A DNA stretch of 64,000 bases, taken from Chiloscyllium plagiosum (lineage: Eukaryota). Position 1 is the first letter of the stretch, and each line of letters begins with the position of its first letter. A model generated the notes under the pieces. That model did not search any database, was not told the origin of the DNA, and saw only the letters and a list, made by a program, of their open reading frames with translations. Below are positions 25,426 through 38,640 of the stretch, piece after piece. The stretch covers positions 45,716,229-45,780,228 of the forward strand of contig NC_057728.1 of assembly GCF_004010195.1 (NCBI RefSeq). Direction: 5' to 3'. The translations under genes were made by a program, and so were the position numbers.

Positions 25426-27178
25426 CTTCCTTTCAAATTAATTGAAGCATTTTCCTAATGACACTAACTAGGCTGACTGGCCTATAATTTGCTATTTGCT
25501 GTCAATCTCCTTTCTTGAACTGTATTTTTTTTCACATTGGCAGTTGGTGGGACATTTCCAGCATCTACGAAATTTTCGTAGATCCAAACCCGGTGTGATA
25601 TTATTCCAGACTGTTTGAAGCCAGATATAAATAGCACTTAGATGAGTTGTTGAACCTTTGAAGCATTTCTTCAACTTCTTTTCTTGTTGTCTTGAGTAAT
25701 GCATAGCAAGTTTGGAATCTAGTACATTGTTCAAATAAACATATCATAAGATAAAAACTGAGCGTAATTGTGGATATTGTTGGAAAATCTCTAGAGAAGC
25801 AGCTGCTTAGCTTCATAAAAGGCTTTAAAAGAAAAAAAATGGTATTTTTCGTTTTATTGCAAGAACAGGTTGTATGAAACTATTCAATGAAGACTTGTTT
25901 GAGGCATTTTTAAATAGAAAGGATAAAGATCGTGCTAACTTATTATAGAGGGTGTTTTTTTTAGTTAGAAAGCTTGCATATAAAATGCATCAACAATATT
26001 AGATTTGGTGTGAGGAAGTATTCATAGTGAACAGGTTGTTCCAAACAACATTTAAGCATAAATTTCATTTAAACCTTCGAAAGCATTTTATGAGAGAGTA
26101 GGTTTTATGCTGTACAACTAGCAGTGTAGTGGCAAACATTTTCACGAAGTCAGAGTAATTTCCAGAACTTTTCATAAATTTACCAGACCTTTTTCTTTAA
26201 TCTTCTCATTTTCACCTCTCCAGGGGAATTAAGTGGCTGGGGTGGAGAAAGCATTGGAAATTCTTGTTCATAGCCGTGCCATTTCCTTTTCCTCCCTTTT
26301 TGTACACTTATGTGTTCATAGACTTCCTATGAGGAAGCATCTAAACGATATTGTGACGTCAATCAGAATGTAATAGCTATTTAAGGAGGCAAATTTCCAT
26401 ATTGCCAGATGCACCTATGGGTCAGAAATGAGAATTTTTTTAAAAGTATAGCTTTTACACTTTCAAATGTACTGACTAGATTATTATCCCAAAACATTAT
26501 AAAGATTTGCTGATCTCTTTTACCACAGCTCACAATTATTTGAAACATTCAGAATAACATGACCATAATGTCAGGTAGCACGTTTGGAGCTTATTGCTAA
26601 TCTGTGTAAATGTACATCAGTAAATAAAAGATTGATTTTCTTTTGCCACGCAATCTGTGAAGTTTAGTTCTGCAGAGCTAAATAATCTGACATATTGGAT
26701 TTTATTGTTCATGGGATGGAAGTGGAGCTTAAGGAATATCATAAAATGGAAGTACAATGTAACAGCTAAAACGGGACTCTGTCACATCTTGCTATTTGCC
26801 TCAAAATAGATAGAATCTTGTGCACAGGCATGTATATTTTGCAGGACCTGAGTGCAGGATGCAGGTAAGCCTTTACATAATTACAAGCAAGAATCAGGCT
26901 GTGGCTTCTTGACTTCTGTTCTTTCCCAACAGCCAGTTGCAGCTGGGAGCCATTATCATCGGATATATTTGGATTCCTGCTTCCAGAGACCTCTACAGGA
27001 CAATACTGGGGGAATCATCTGGCAGACATAAATAACTGAATTCCAAAGCAGACATGGGCTCAGGTTGTGTCACGTGCAACTCACTCTGGGGAGGAGTAGG
27101 AAGGAATTAACTGTCCAGAAATTTCCCTCCACATGATGAATCAATTTTAACCCTGAATTCTCGGCCTAATTCAACAAT

Positions 27179-27514
27179 GTTGTGGATGGGGTGGACAAAG
27201 TTTAAAAAGTCACAAAGCACAAGGTTATAGTCGGACAGGTTTGTTTGGAAGCAGAGCTTTCAGAGCGCTGCTCCTTCAGGTAACTAGTGGAGAAGGCTCG
27301 CAAGACACAAAACTTATAGCAGACGATCACAGTGTCTTGCAATTAAAACGATATACTGAATATTTTAATTGCACGACACTGTGATCTTTTGCTACGAATT
27401 CTGTGTCTTATGATCCAGTCCCACTAGTTACCTGATGAAGGAGCAGCGCTCTGACAGCTGGTACTTCCAAATAAAGCTGTCGGACTATAATCTGGTGTAG
27501 TGTGATTTTTAACT
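27179..27514. mobile_element. Penelope-derived fold-back mini-element, 12-bp TSD
   Basis: ~150-bp inverted arms; TSD TAATTCAACAAT at 27167-27178 and 27515-27526; same family as the arms at 53600 and 55700. Confidence 0.85.
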
Positions 27515-27719
27515 TAATTCAACAATTGAGCTCTGCTTGTTTCCAAATCTCCAGTTCTATTTATGTCATGCTTGGAGTGGATGTCCATTACTTTTTTGCA
27601 TCCTCTTTGCTCTCTTCTAACTTTCATAAAACTTTCTCATTGTGATGTCCATTAGATTGAAAACTCATTTTTAATTGACTTTTCCTCTTCACTATTTTTC
27701 TCCTTTTCCAATGCCATTG

Positions 27720-30700
27720 CGATCATATGGTTTATGCCATAAAAAGAGTGTAGACGTCATGGCGGGAGCAACACACAAATACACTTAAAAATGAAGTGTT
27801 GCCCTGGTGAATTTACAAGTTAGGAGTACTTGCTTGCCAAACAGCATTAGAAGCAAGTGAAAGGCAGCGCTAAGTGACTCTACAACCAAAAGATCAGATC
27901 GAAGCTCTGCAGAACTGCTCTATCTAGTTATGAATGGTGGACAATTAAACAACTCACTGGAGGTGGCAGCTCCACAAATAACTCCATCCTCAATGATGGG
28001 GGAGCTCAACACATCAGTGCAAAAGATAAGGCTGAAAGCATTCACAATAGTGGTTGTAAGTTTGCTTGCTGAGCTGGTAGGTTTGTTCTCAGACGTTTTG
28101 TTACCTAGCATGGGAACATCATCAGTGAGCCTTGTGGCTTCTGCACCTTTCCAAAATCTGTTTCCCAATCTGTTTCTCCACATCTCTGCTGCTATTGGGG
28201 GGCCTATAGTTTGTTCTCAGACGTTTTGTTACCTAGCATGGGAACATCATCAGTGAGCCTCCGCTGAAGCGCTGGTGTTCTGTCCCACTTTCTATTTGTG
28301 TGTCTTGGTCTGTCAAGGTGAGTGATATCATTTCTGGTTCTTTTTATCAGAGGTTGGGAAATGGGGTCAAAATTGATCTGTTTATTGATGGAGTTCCGGT
28401 TTGAATGTCAGACCTCTTGGAATTTCTGTGCATGTCTCTGTTTAGCCTGTCCGAGGATGGATGTATTGTCCCAGTTGAAGTGATGTCCTTTTTCATCTGT
28501 GTGCAAGGATACTAGTGATAGTAGGTCATGTCTTTTGATGGCTCATAGGTGCTCGTGTATCCTGGTGGCTAGTTTTCTGCCTGTTTGAGGTAGTGTATGT
28601 TGCAGTCTTTGCAGGGTATTTTGTAAATGACATTCGTTTTACTGATTGTTGGTGCAGGGTCCTTTAGTTTCATCAGGAGCTGTTTCAGTGTGTTGGTAGG
28701 TTTGTGGGTTACCATGATGCCAAGAGGTCAGAGTAATCTGGTCGACATCTCAGAGATGTCTTTGATGTATGGTAGCGTGGCTAGAGTCTCTGGGCGTGTT
28801 GTGTTTTCTTGTTTGGGTTTGTTGTTGAAGAATTGGCGGACTGTGTTTATTGGGTACCCGTTGTTCTTGAATACGTTGTATAGGTATTTTTCTTCTGCTG
28901 CTCGTAGTTCTTGGGTGCTACAGTGTGTTGTGGTTCATTTATATAATGTCCTGATGCAGCTCCATTTGTGGGTGTTGTGATGATTACTCCTGTGGTTGAG
29001 TATCTGGTCTGTGTGTGTTGCTTTCCTGTAGATGCTGGTCTGCAGCTCTCAATTGACTGTTCGTTCTACTGTGATATCTAGGAAGGGGAATTTGTTGTTG
29101 TTACATTCAAAATACCCTGCAAGGACTGCACGGAATTCCTAGAGGCCTGGCATTCAAACCAGAACTCCATCAATAAACACACCAATTTGGACCCCATTTA
29201 CCAACCTCTCAGAAAAAGAGCCAGAAATGATATCACCCACCTTAACAGACCAACACACATAAACAGAAAGCGGGACAGAACACCAGCGCTTCAACGGAAG
29301 CTCACTAATCATGTTAACTAGCATGGTGATGAAACGTCTGAGAACAAACCTACCAACTCAGCGAGCAAACTTATAACTGAACCTCAACCTGAGCTACAAA
29401 TCTTCTCAAAATTTGCATTCATAACAATCTTCAGACAGCAGTGCCAAGTAGATTAGATTAGATTAGATTACTTTACAGTGTGGAAACAGGCCCTTCGGCC
29501 CAACAAAACCTGAGCTACAAATCTTCTCAAAATTTGCATTCATAACAATCTTCAGACAGCAGTGCCAAGTAGATGATCCATCTTGACTCCTCTAGAGTCC
29601 CCAGCATCATAGAAACCAACTTTCAGCCAATTTGATTCAGTTCATCAAGAAATGGTTGGAGGCACTGGATACTGCAAACATTCCAGCAATAGTACTGGAG
29701 ATTTTGCTGCAGAACGTGCCACATCCCTAGCGAAGCTGTTCCAATACAACTATAACACTGGCATATACTTGGCAAAATGGAAAAATTGCCCAGGAATTTC
29801 CCGTACACAAAAAGTAGGACAAATCCAACCCAGCCAATTACTGCCTCATCAGTCTATTCTTGATCCTCAAAGTGATGGAAAGTGATTTCAAAAGTGCCAT
29901 CAAGCAACACTTGCTCACAGGTTGGCTCCTGACCTCATTACAGCCCTGGTTCAAGCATGGACAAAAGTGCTGAATTTCAGAAGTAAGGAGGGAGGGACAG
30001 TCCTTGATATCAAAGCTGCATTTGACTGTGTGTGGCATTGAGCAACCCTTGCAAAACTGGAGTCAACGGCATTCAGGGAGAAACTCCCTGTTCAATGGAA
30101 TCATGTCTGGCACAAAGAAAGATGGTTATTGTTGATGAAGGTCAGTCATCTCAACTTCAGAACAATTCTGCGGAAGTTCTTCAGGATGGTGTCCTGGGCC
30201 CAACCACCTTTAGCTGCTTCATCAGTATCCTCCCTTCCATCATACGGTCAGAAGTGAGGGTGTCCACCAATGATTGCCTTTCATGATTCATAAGATACTG
30301 AAGCAGTGCATGTTTATGTGCAGCAAAACCTTGACAATATCCAGGCTTGGACTGAAAGTGGCAAGTAACATTCACATCACATAAATAATATGCAATAACC
30401 ATCTCAAAAGAGAGAATCTTCCCATCGACCATTGACATTCAATGATATAACCACAACTGAAATCCCCATTATCAATGCTGAGGAAGTTGAACTGCTAGCC
30501 ATATCAATACAGTGGCTACAAAGAGCAGGTCAAAAGTGAGGATTCCTGCAGTAAATAACCCACCTCCTGACTCCCCAAAGCCTGTCCACTATCTGCAAGG
30601 CACAAGTCAGGTGTGTGATGGAATACTCCCTACTTGCCTGGATGAGTGCTGCTCCAACAATACTTGAAGCTTGACACCATCCAGGATAAAGCAGCCCACT

Positions 30701-31110
30701 TCATTGGCACCACATCCATAAACATTTAATCCTTTCACCACCCCAATGCTCAGTAGTAGCAGTGTGTATCCTCTACAAGATGCTTGCAAAGATTCACCAA
30801 AGATCCTTGGAAAACACCATCTGAATCCATGACCATTACGATCTTGAAAAACAAAGAGTAGATAATGGGAACACCACCATCTGAAAGTTCCTTTCTGAGC
30901 CACTCATCATTCTGACTTGAAAATACATCACCGTTCCTTCTCTGTTACTGGGTCAAAGTCTCGGAGCTCCCTCCTTAATCACCTTGTGTGTCTACCTGAG
31001 GCACATGGACTGCAAAGACTCAAGAAGGCAGCTCACCACCACCTTTAAGGGCAACTAGTGACGAGCTATAAATGCTGCCCAGTTAGTGAAACCCATGTCC
31101 CTGAACTAAA
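27720..31110 (+). mobile_element. L2/Crack-like LINE (CR1 group) ORF2 and 3' end, interrupted by a Penelope element
   Basis: RT-like fragments (QDGVLGPTTFSCFISILPS; CAAGTCAGG.GTGTGATGGAATAC) and 3' tail AAGAAGGCAGCTCACCACCACC...AAATGCTG. The host sequence resumes after 29424. Confidence 0.75.
28048..29414 (-). mobile_element. Penelope-like retroelement, 5'-truncated, with inverted terminal repeat
   Basis: Minus strand translates FPFLDITVER...[12 protein letters not shown]...FKNNGYP (RT thumb) and NVIYKIPCKDC...QTGRKLATRIHEH (GIY-YIG). 29110-29380 is an inverted copy of parts of 28050-28630. Probable TSD GCATTCA(C/T)AA at 28038-28047 and 29415-29424. Confidence 0.9.
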
Positions 31111-32974
31111 TAAAAATGCTCATCACTTAAACTTGGAGCACATCAGTGGATTGTATGAAAAATATATTGCTTTACAGCTGGTGGTTGGGAGAGATTATTG
31201 GGGGAATAATTTTTTTTGCTAGCTGGAGAGTCTAAAATCACTTATTCTGTTCACTATTCCAAATGCCATTTTAATTGAGGTAGATGTAACGATATGTTCA
31301 GCTTCTATCACAGTTTTGTTTTATGGTATTGCCGATGTTGCATTTGATTTTAAAGTTAGCGAATGCCCAAATGATCACCTCCATATTTGCTGTGTTAAGG
31401 TAATTAATTTGTAGAAAGGTCACTTCTCAGAAATGTGCAATATTACTGATGTGTCTCCTCAAGTGCATGGGAGGTTTGCACTATGTAACCAGCACTGGAG
31501 CTTTGGTTTGCAGGGACATTGTCTACTCCTGTTTAGAAAAGACCATTCTCAGTGTGGTAGTTCAAAGCCTACATTTGACAGATTGGATTTGTTAAAAGGA
31601 GCTTGTTAACAATTCCTATCTTTCCCATTACTGATGCATAGGATTATATGGGTAATTCTTGCTTAGAAATTTTGGTGCATATGGGCATTGGAATGTAAGA
31701 TGAGCAGTGGGTGTACTGATTGAGTTATTTTGGAAGTGGAGTGGAGCATGGATGGTTTCAAACAGCAACTGAAAGGAGCTAGGTATCCGATAACAGTAGG
31801 GGGCTTGATCCTGAGGGCAAGCCAGGAGCAGATTTTAGTTCAGCAAGAGGTGAAAACTGCAGAATGAGAGCTAGGAACACTGCAGAGTGGGAACACATTA
31901 GTCTATTATAATATGGGAGGAGTAGGATGAATTTGGACATGGACACATTAGGAGTAGCATCGTAGATAGGTGCAAGAACACTCGAGTGAGACAGGGAATG
32001 TAGGAGTACAGAAAGTACAGGCTCATTAAAAGAAATTATGGTATCTTGGTTTTGTGCAGGAACACGTGAAGGTGAGCACAAATATGATCCACTGAGCAGT
32101 CTATGGGATTAGAAGAACTGAAATTGCATGACAGAATGCAAGATCTATTTTTTAATCCCAGGGCCAATCATTAGCCCAGTTTTATAAATGGAAAAACAAA
32201 TGAACAGAACAAATACTAGCCTAGAACAAAGCAAAGCCATACTCGAGAAAGGTGGAGCTGAAAGAACCAAAAAACTGCTCCCAGATGGTGAACGATGTGC
32301 TAGAGAAATCGGAATATGGTCAAACGTGACCATAGCATGTCTTAGAAACTGTTGTGACCATCGGAACCTAATTGAACCTTGAAATAAATATTTTCTTTAT
32401 ATATATTTTCAGCTATCTTTTCTCCAAGAAGATTATAGCTCTTAAGGAGGCCATTTGGCCCATTGTATCTGTGCCAGCTCTGAACAAAGTCGTAATATGT
32501 ATTGCAAGCCCTTGTTTCTTGTAGCACTGGAGGAGGTCATAACCATGAAAATATTTCTTTTGAATACACTTTCAACTGCCTCTTGACAGGTCCAACTATT
32601 TTGAGTCTGTTTTCAACACTCAGTCAGTGTACTCCAGATCATAACAATTTCAATAAAATAAAATTCTCATCTCTTTGGAGCTGCTTAGTATGATATCGTC
32701 AGGAATGGAATGTCATCAAAATAATCAAACTATTCAAAATCATTTTTGGGCGAAGTCTGAACAATAAATACCCAACATTTTGCCTCCTTAGATAAGTTGA
32801 ATTATGCTGGAACATATTTTTCTGTCCCTCATTAAACTACTTGACTCTTCCTCTTATTCCTGTTCACACATAATTCCCTCCATTTCTACTCAACAATCCC
32901 TTGCTTTCAATCCATGTCATAAACCTACTGTGCGACCTCAGCTTTCTCTCTGGCCATGTCCTCATTATCTTATT

Positions 32975-33340
32975 TCATAGAATCACAGAAATTCCTACAG
33001 TGTGGAACAGGCCATTCGGCCCATTGATTCCACACTCACCCTCCGAAAAGCATCCCACCCAGACCCACCATCCCTACCGTCTCACTGTTACACTGCATTT
33101 TTCAAGGCTAATCACCTAACTTACACATCCCTAGACAATATTGGCAATTTAGCATGGCCAATCTACCCAACCTGCACATCTTTGGACTGTGGGAGGAAAC
33201 TGGAGCACCCAGAGGAAACCCACATAGATACAGAGAATCTACAAACTCCACACAAACAGTCATCCGAGGCTGGGATCGAATCGGGTCCCTGGCGCTAGTG
33301 AGGTAGCAGTGCTAACTACTGTGCCACAGTGCTGCCCATA
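32975..33340 (-). mobile_element. HE1/V-SINE-like SINE
   Basis: Reverse complement of the 1381-1700 family. Confidence 0.85.
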
Positions 33341-34869
33341 GCAAGCCTGATTAATTTTCCAGTATTATAAGTACCACTGTCAAATATAGAAGAAGCATCA
33401 AACTTTGTAACCAGTTTGAGAAATCTCGAAGTAAAATGGCCTTAGGAAACCATTATGGGGTGATCAGATGCTTAGAGTGGAGGGTGAACCTGCCATGAAT
33501 CAATCAGGATGGAGACAATTCAGGTTGGATTTGAATTGGCTTTGAAAGACTGCAGTACAGTGCATGTGGGGTCAGAGCTAGCTGAGAATTACTCTCGACA
33601 TATCAGTGCAGCCTGGGAACACTGATTAAAGTTTAGCTCAGGGTGGACCCAAATAGAAGAAAGGAAGGATTTTACCAAGATCTATATGGACTGTAGCCAG
33701 TTGGGAGGAACAAAAGCATTATCAGAAAAATAAAAAGTGAAGTGAACAAAGCCCAATTCAATGACTGAAGCTCCAGCCAACAGAGGAACTGGCTTCTCTG
33801 GGAAAATATTTGCAGGACTTTACAATGCTGTAAACACAATACTACACTGTATCACTGACTAAAGGTTACTTGTAGTGTTTCAAAAAGCACTTGCACATTT
33901 ATACATCATTGTACATTGAAAAATATAAAAATTTGGAAAACAAATTTAAAAATCAGATCAACATGATCTATCGAAGTCTACAACTTACATTCTGCCTGCC
34001 TGGAAAGACATCTGCACACACATGCCCCGTCATAGTTCAAGAAGGTGACTCATCACCACCTTCTCAAGGGCAATTGGGGATGAGCAATAAATGCTGGCCC
34101 AGCCAGCGACACCTACATCCCATGAATGAATAAAAAAAACACTTTATGGATGTGAAAAGGTTCCACTTCTCTTGTTGCCAGCCTTATAAAAAATGTTGAT
34201 AGATGATATGATTTTTTTAAAAAAATTGATTTTAGTGTTACATCTTGAATTTGTTGATTTTTTTGAAAGTTCAGAACAACTTTATCCAGAGAACAAAAAA
34301 GACATAATGGTATATAAAGATATATATAGTGTGTGAATAATATATATACATATTATGTTATACATTTTTCATTTTGTGCATGCAAATAATATTTTTGTAA
34401 CCATAATATATCAACCGGCATATGTTATGCCTGAGGGAGTCAAGCAGAAATGCCTGTACAGTTGTTTGTGATACTACTAAATTTAGGGGTGAGGAGGCAG
34501 TTGTTAAGTCACTCCAGGTAGGTTTAAGGATAGAATTGGCCAGTTAACTGAGGGCGTATTATTTGCAGTGAGACTCCATTGAATAATTGGTCAACAAATG
34601 CGCAGGCAAGCAATGGACCTGCCTCACTTGCTTTTTCACCAGTAATCTGTGTATCTGCCAATTCAGAGTAATCTTTATATTTTCTTTATTTGCACAAAAA
34701 AACTCTTGTAAATCCAGGAAGGATACAATGGTCACAACTTCCTTGAACGTAGCTTACTCCATTCCTCCCTCACAACACTAGCAGATGGCAAGAGAAGTGG
34801 ACTGGCATTAATGACTTTGTCAGGTCAGTTGCCTGTGGAAACATAAGTGGCACGGCCAACACAGTGATT

Positions 34870-36700
34870 ATGGGTTGAATGTTACAAAATTTCGCCTGTG
34901 TCAATTTTGTCGTGTTTCATGGTTTGTTCACCTCGAGGCCGAGCAAGACTTCTCACCACATCATCCCATACTCGCCTCATTAACTCCTGTCATGCCCCTA
35001 TGGTGCCCATCTTGTCTGATACTCACCAATTCTACCCAGTCGTTATAGCCAGCATAACTGTATATCATAAAATGGATTGTCATCCCTGGTGCCTCCAACG
35101 GTTTTTTAAAATGTTTTTGTGCACCCCAATTAGCACTGGCATTCTGAAACTACCCTGCATCATTCATAATACTTTCCCCAGACATGTCAAACAAAGGAAA
35201 ATTGGCATTGTGTTTTGCAGGCAGGGACCTGGATGTTCTGGTCAATGGGGTGGTGTAGAGGAAGGATGTCCTCTTCTTGCAGGACCAGCAGAGGGAGCCA
35301 CATCATAAGACCCTGCCAATCTGGTCAGAGGTTGTCACCCAGGTCAGTGCAACCTGAATCGTCAGAAGGAAAGTCCAGCAGTGCCGTCAAAATGTCCATT
35401 ACATTGTCCACTCCTCCAGGGCAATTGCCATGTTCTCTCTAGTACCACACACCTGTCCTGTCCTCACTATCCTCTCCATCCACCACCAAGATTCTACCAC
35501 TCTTGCTGATGCACGCGACATTGAGCCTCACTTGCTTCACCCACACCACTGCCACCAAACCTCCCAGACTAACACTGCATGCCCTCAACCCGGCCTTCTC
35601 ATACATTCAGGACACTTTATTCCCCATGCACTCGAACCAATGGCTGTGCCACCCACTTCCAACTCACTCATTCCCTACTCTCTCTGATTCCAGGAAAATT
35701 ACAGCCCACAATAGGTCAGGAAGACCCAGGTGGTTGGTGGGGTGTCCAACATGTGGAGGGAATCCAAGTCATCTCAGGAGACCGGGACCAACTCTCACGT
35801 GAACCTCATTGGTCACTCATTTATTACACACAAAAACTCTTGACCCTGATGCCTTTTCTCTTCTGTGGCTTGCAGTTATAAGTAGAATGTCCATGTCTGG
35901 GTGGTCAAGCAGGCCACCTGGGTGGTCAAGTAATCCCCAATAGCAGTTCTCAAGAAGAGAGTTCAGAGGCCCCAGATGAAGCATCAGAGAGGCTGCCTTC
36001 TACGCCCCACTAGCTCAGATGCTGACACTGAGGGTACATTAGCCAGATTCAAGACAGGAGCACAAGTGGTGAGCACATCGCCGGCATATCTCTGCAGCTG
36101 GTCAAGGAAGGAATACCACTGGCTGCTGGCAGACAAAGGACTGCTGGGGACTAGGTACCTACTCAGGCTCAGAGAGGAGGACCCAATAGGGTTAGCAATC
36201 AGGGACTCAATGCACATGCACAAGACAACACAGGGGCAACATACAGGTTTGTGGAAGGCAATGGCCCTCACAGCCCAGAGGCTACAGTTACACTATGTGG
36301 AACAAGTTGCTGCAAGTATGCAATCATCTGGCTGCCTCCATGGACAGTTTTGTGATTGCCATGGAGATTACCAGGGTCTACTGGATACGTGCACAGACCT
36401 ACACTTCATTGCCTTAGCCATTGATCCTTAGCACTAATGGTAAGGTGACATAAGGGGTGGGCCACCTTGACCTCAACCCAGGTGCTCTATCCCCACAAGG
36501 AGACAAATTCAGTGCCAGTGCCCATTCAATCAGAGGAGTCATCATGGTCAGGCCCCTCAGAAATAACTCTCACAAATCAGTTTGTATCACATGTCAGCAA
36601 TGTGAAGGTTGCATTTAGAAAAGTTTCAATATGGCAACAGTGGTCTCAGTTGCCTTAAATGTGTTGCTGATCACTTCACACAACAGCAATGTTTGAGCCT
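34870..36700 (+). mobile_element. Harbinger/PIF-like DNA transposon remnant with a spliced Myb/SANT-like pseudogene
   Basis: Frame from ATG 35184: MSNKGKLALCFAGRDLDVLVNGVV*RKDVLF...IWSEVVTQVSAT*IVRRKVQQCRQ fits the Myb/SANT-like trihelix spacing. A second exon-like piece KITAHNR follows acceptor TTCCAG (35693). Ends not defined. Confidence 0.55.
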
Positions 36701-36771
36701 GGGAGGTGTATAACAAGTGAGGCAATGAACAAGCATCTCCAGGTGATCGGGTGTGTCTCCTATATAAGCAA

Positions 36772-37070
36772 AGGTGCACAGTGGACAGTACTGCTGGCGC
36801 ACAATGCTAGGGACCCGGGTTTGATTCCAGCCTTGGGTGAATGCGCAAACTGTACACAGACATTCTCTATGTCTCCTGTTTCCTCCAACAGTCCAGAGAT
36901 GTACAGATTAGGTGAATTGGCCATAATAAATGCCCATAGTGTCCAGGGATGTGTAGACCAGCTGGATTAGCCATGGTAAATGCAAGGTTCAAGTTCTGGG
37001 TGGGATGCTCTGGAGAGTTGGTACAGACTCCATGGGCCGAATGGCCTCTTTGCACACTAGGGATTCTTCT
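36772..37070 (+). mobile_element. HE1/V-SINE-like SINE (diverged)
   Basis: GGGACCCGGGTTTGATTCCAGCCTTGGGTGA head; CR1-type tail. Confidence 0.75.
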
Positions 37071-38314
37071 ATGAATATGTATTCGTAGTGTTGTCCTTTG
37101 CAGGGCCTCATATTACTTGAATTTATAGCCATCTCCCTCACAGGTTAAGATAGTTACCCCATCCGCTTATTGTGCAGTTGCAGCCATTTTGTTTCCCATT
37201 GCATAGCTGCAATTTCCAAGACAATGGAAGGTGAAAGCAAGCCCTACTCAGAAAGTAATTTGCAGGGGTTCCATGTGAGGGCTCAAACATCCAAGTCTCC
37301 TTCCCATGAACCCATTTTGGCTTCATATCCCCGAGGGGCTCTACCCAATCTGTCTATATGACCCTGCAGCTGCCTATGTTTCTCTCAGACTCCTGGACAC
37401 GAGGTGACCATGCCAGATTTGGTCATAGACTGTCATCCCTGGAATCGAGGGCAATCCTTACCTTTGAATAAGATCTCTCCTCCTCCTGCATGACCCAATT
37501 CTCATCCATGATTTACCGTAACACACCTCCTTGCGTATACATTTGCCCTTCTTTAAAATTGTCATCCCTCCTGCTGTCTAGCTAAGGTCCCTAATCCCCA
37601 TGAATCAGTCACCCACTCTCCTTCCCAATGCAGAAGTCCCCCTTCTTCTGAACCCCTTGCCTTTATTTGACAGAGAAATAATTGACTGCAGATCACCTCC
37701 TTGAGTGTTGGAACTGGACAGCATGTGCAGGAAGTGCCCGTAGTTGACAAATGCCTGTTTATCTTAACTCTCAGATTGGTCATTAAGGAGCCACAGGACT
37801 GACTGCAATCCACTCCACAGACTGCAGAAGCATGGATCCATGGACCAACGGGGCCCTGACTGGATGTCTGAGCATGGCAATGCCCCTGAACTCATCTCTG
37901 AGGATGTCTTTCATCAACTGTTGCAACATCCTGACTGACGAATACCTCCATGTACTTCATTGAGGACCAGTCACTTTAGACTTGGAGACACAGCCGTTTG
38001 CTTGCAATACATGCAGTGTGTTTGTCATGTAAGCTGCTGTTGTGCCCTGAAGTGCATCTTTAGAGACAGAAGCATCCTGCAAGTAAATCAGAAAGGTGAC
38101 ATGGGGATTCTGTGAAGCTGGCAGTTGTCAGATACCATACCGGCATTCAGCTGGTGCCCTTGAAAATACCTCAAGACATTGTTACTGCTGACAGCCTGGA
38201 GGACCAAACAGTGAGTTGAAGTCACTAGGTACGACTCTGACTTTCATTTGGGAATTGACAATGTCTAGTTTCTTCGCAGCAGGTGAGAGAACAGGAAGAG
38301 TCCTGAGGACTTGG

Positions 38315-38640
38315 GTGGCACAGTGACACAGTGCTTCTTAGCACTGCTGACTCACAGCGCCAGGCACCTCAGTTCCATTCCAGTCTTGCATGTTCACCCT
38401 GTGTCTGTGTGGGTTTAAGATGGGTGCTCCAGTTTCCTCCCATCGTCCAAAGATGTGCAGGTCAGGTAGATTGTCCATGCTAAATGGTCCACAGTGTCTA
38501 GGGGATTAGCCATGGGAAATGTGGTATTACAGGGATAAGATGGGGGCTTGGTCTGACTGGGCTGCTCTTTGGAATATTGGTGTGAACCTGATGGGCTGAA
38601 TAGCCTTCATTTTGCACTGTAGGGATTCTATGATTCTATG
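38315..38640 (+). mobile_element. HE1/V-SINE-like SINE (diverged)
   Basis: TAGCACTGCTGACTCACAGCGCCAGG head; (ATTCTATG)n tail. Confidence 0.75.

Noticed and set aside
31150..33800. Purine-rich stretches resembling old L2 fragments
   Set aside because: Probably real repeat remnants, but too decayed to bound or classify by eye.
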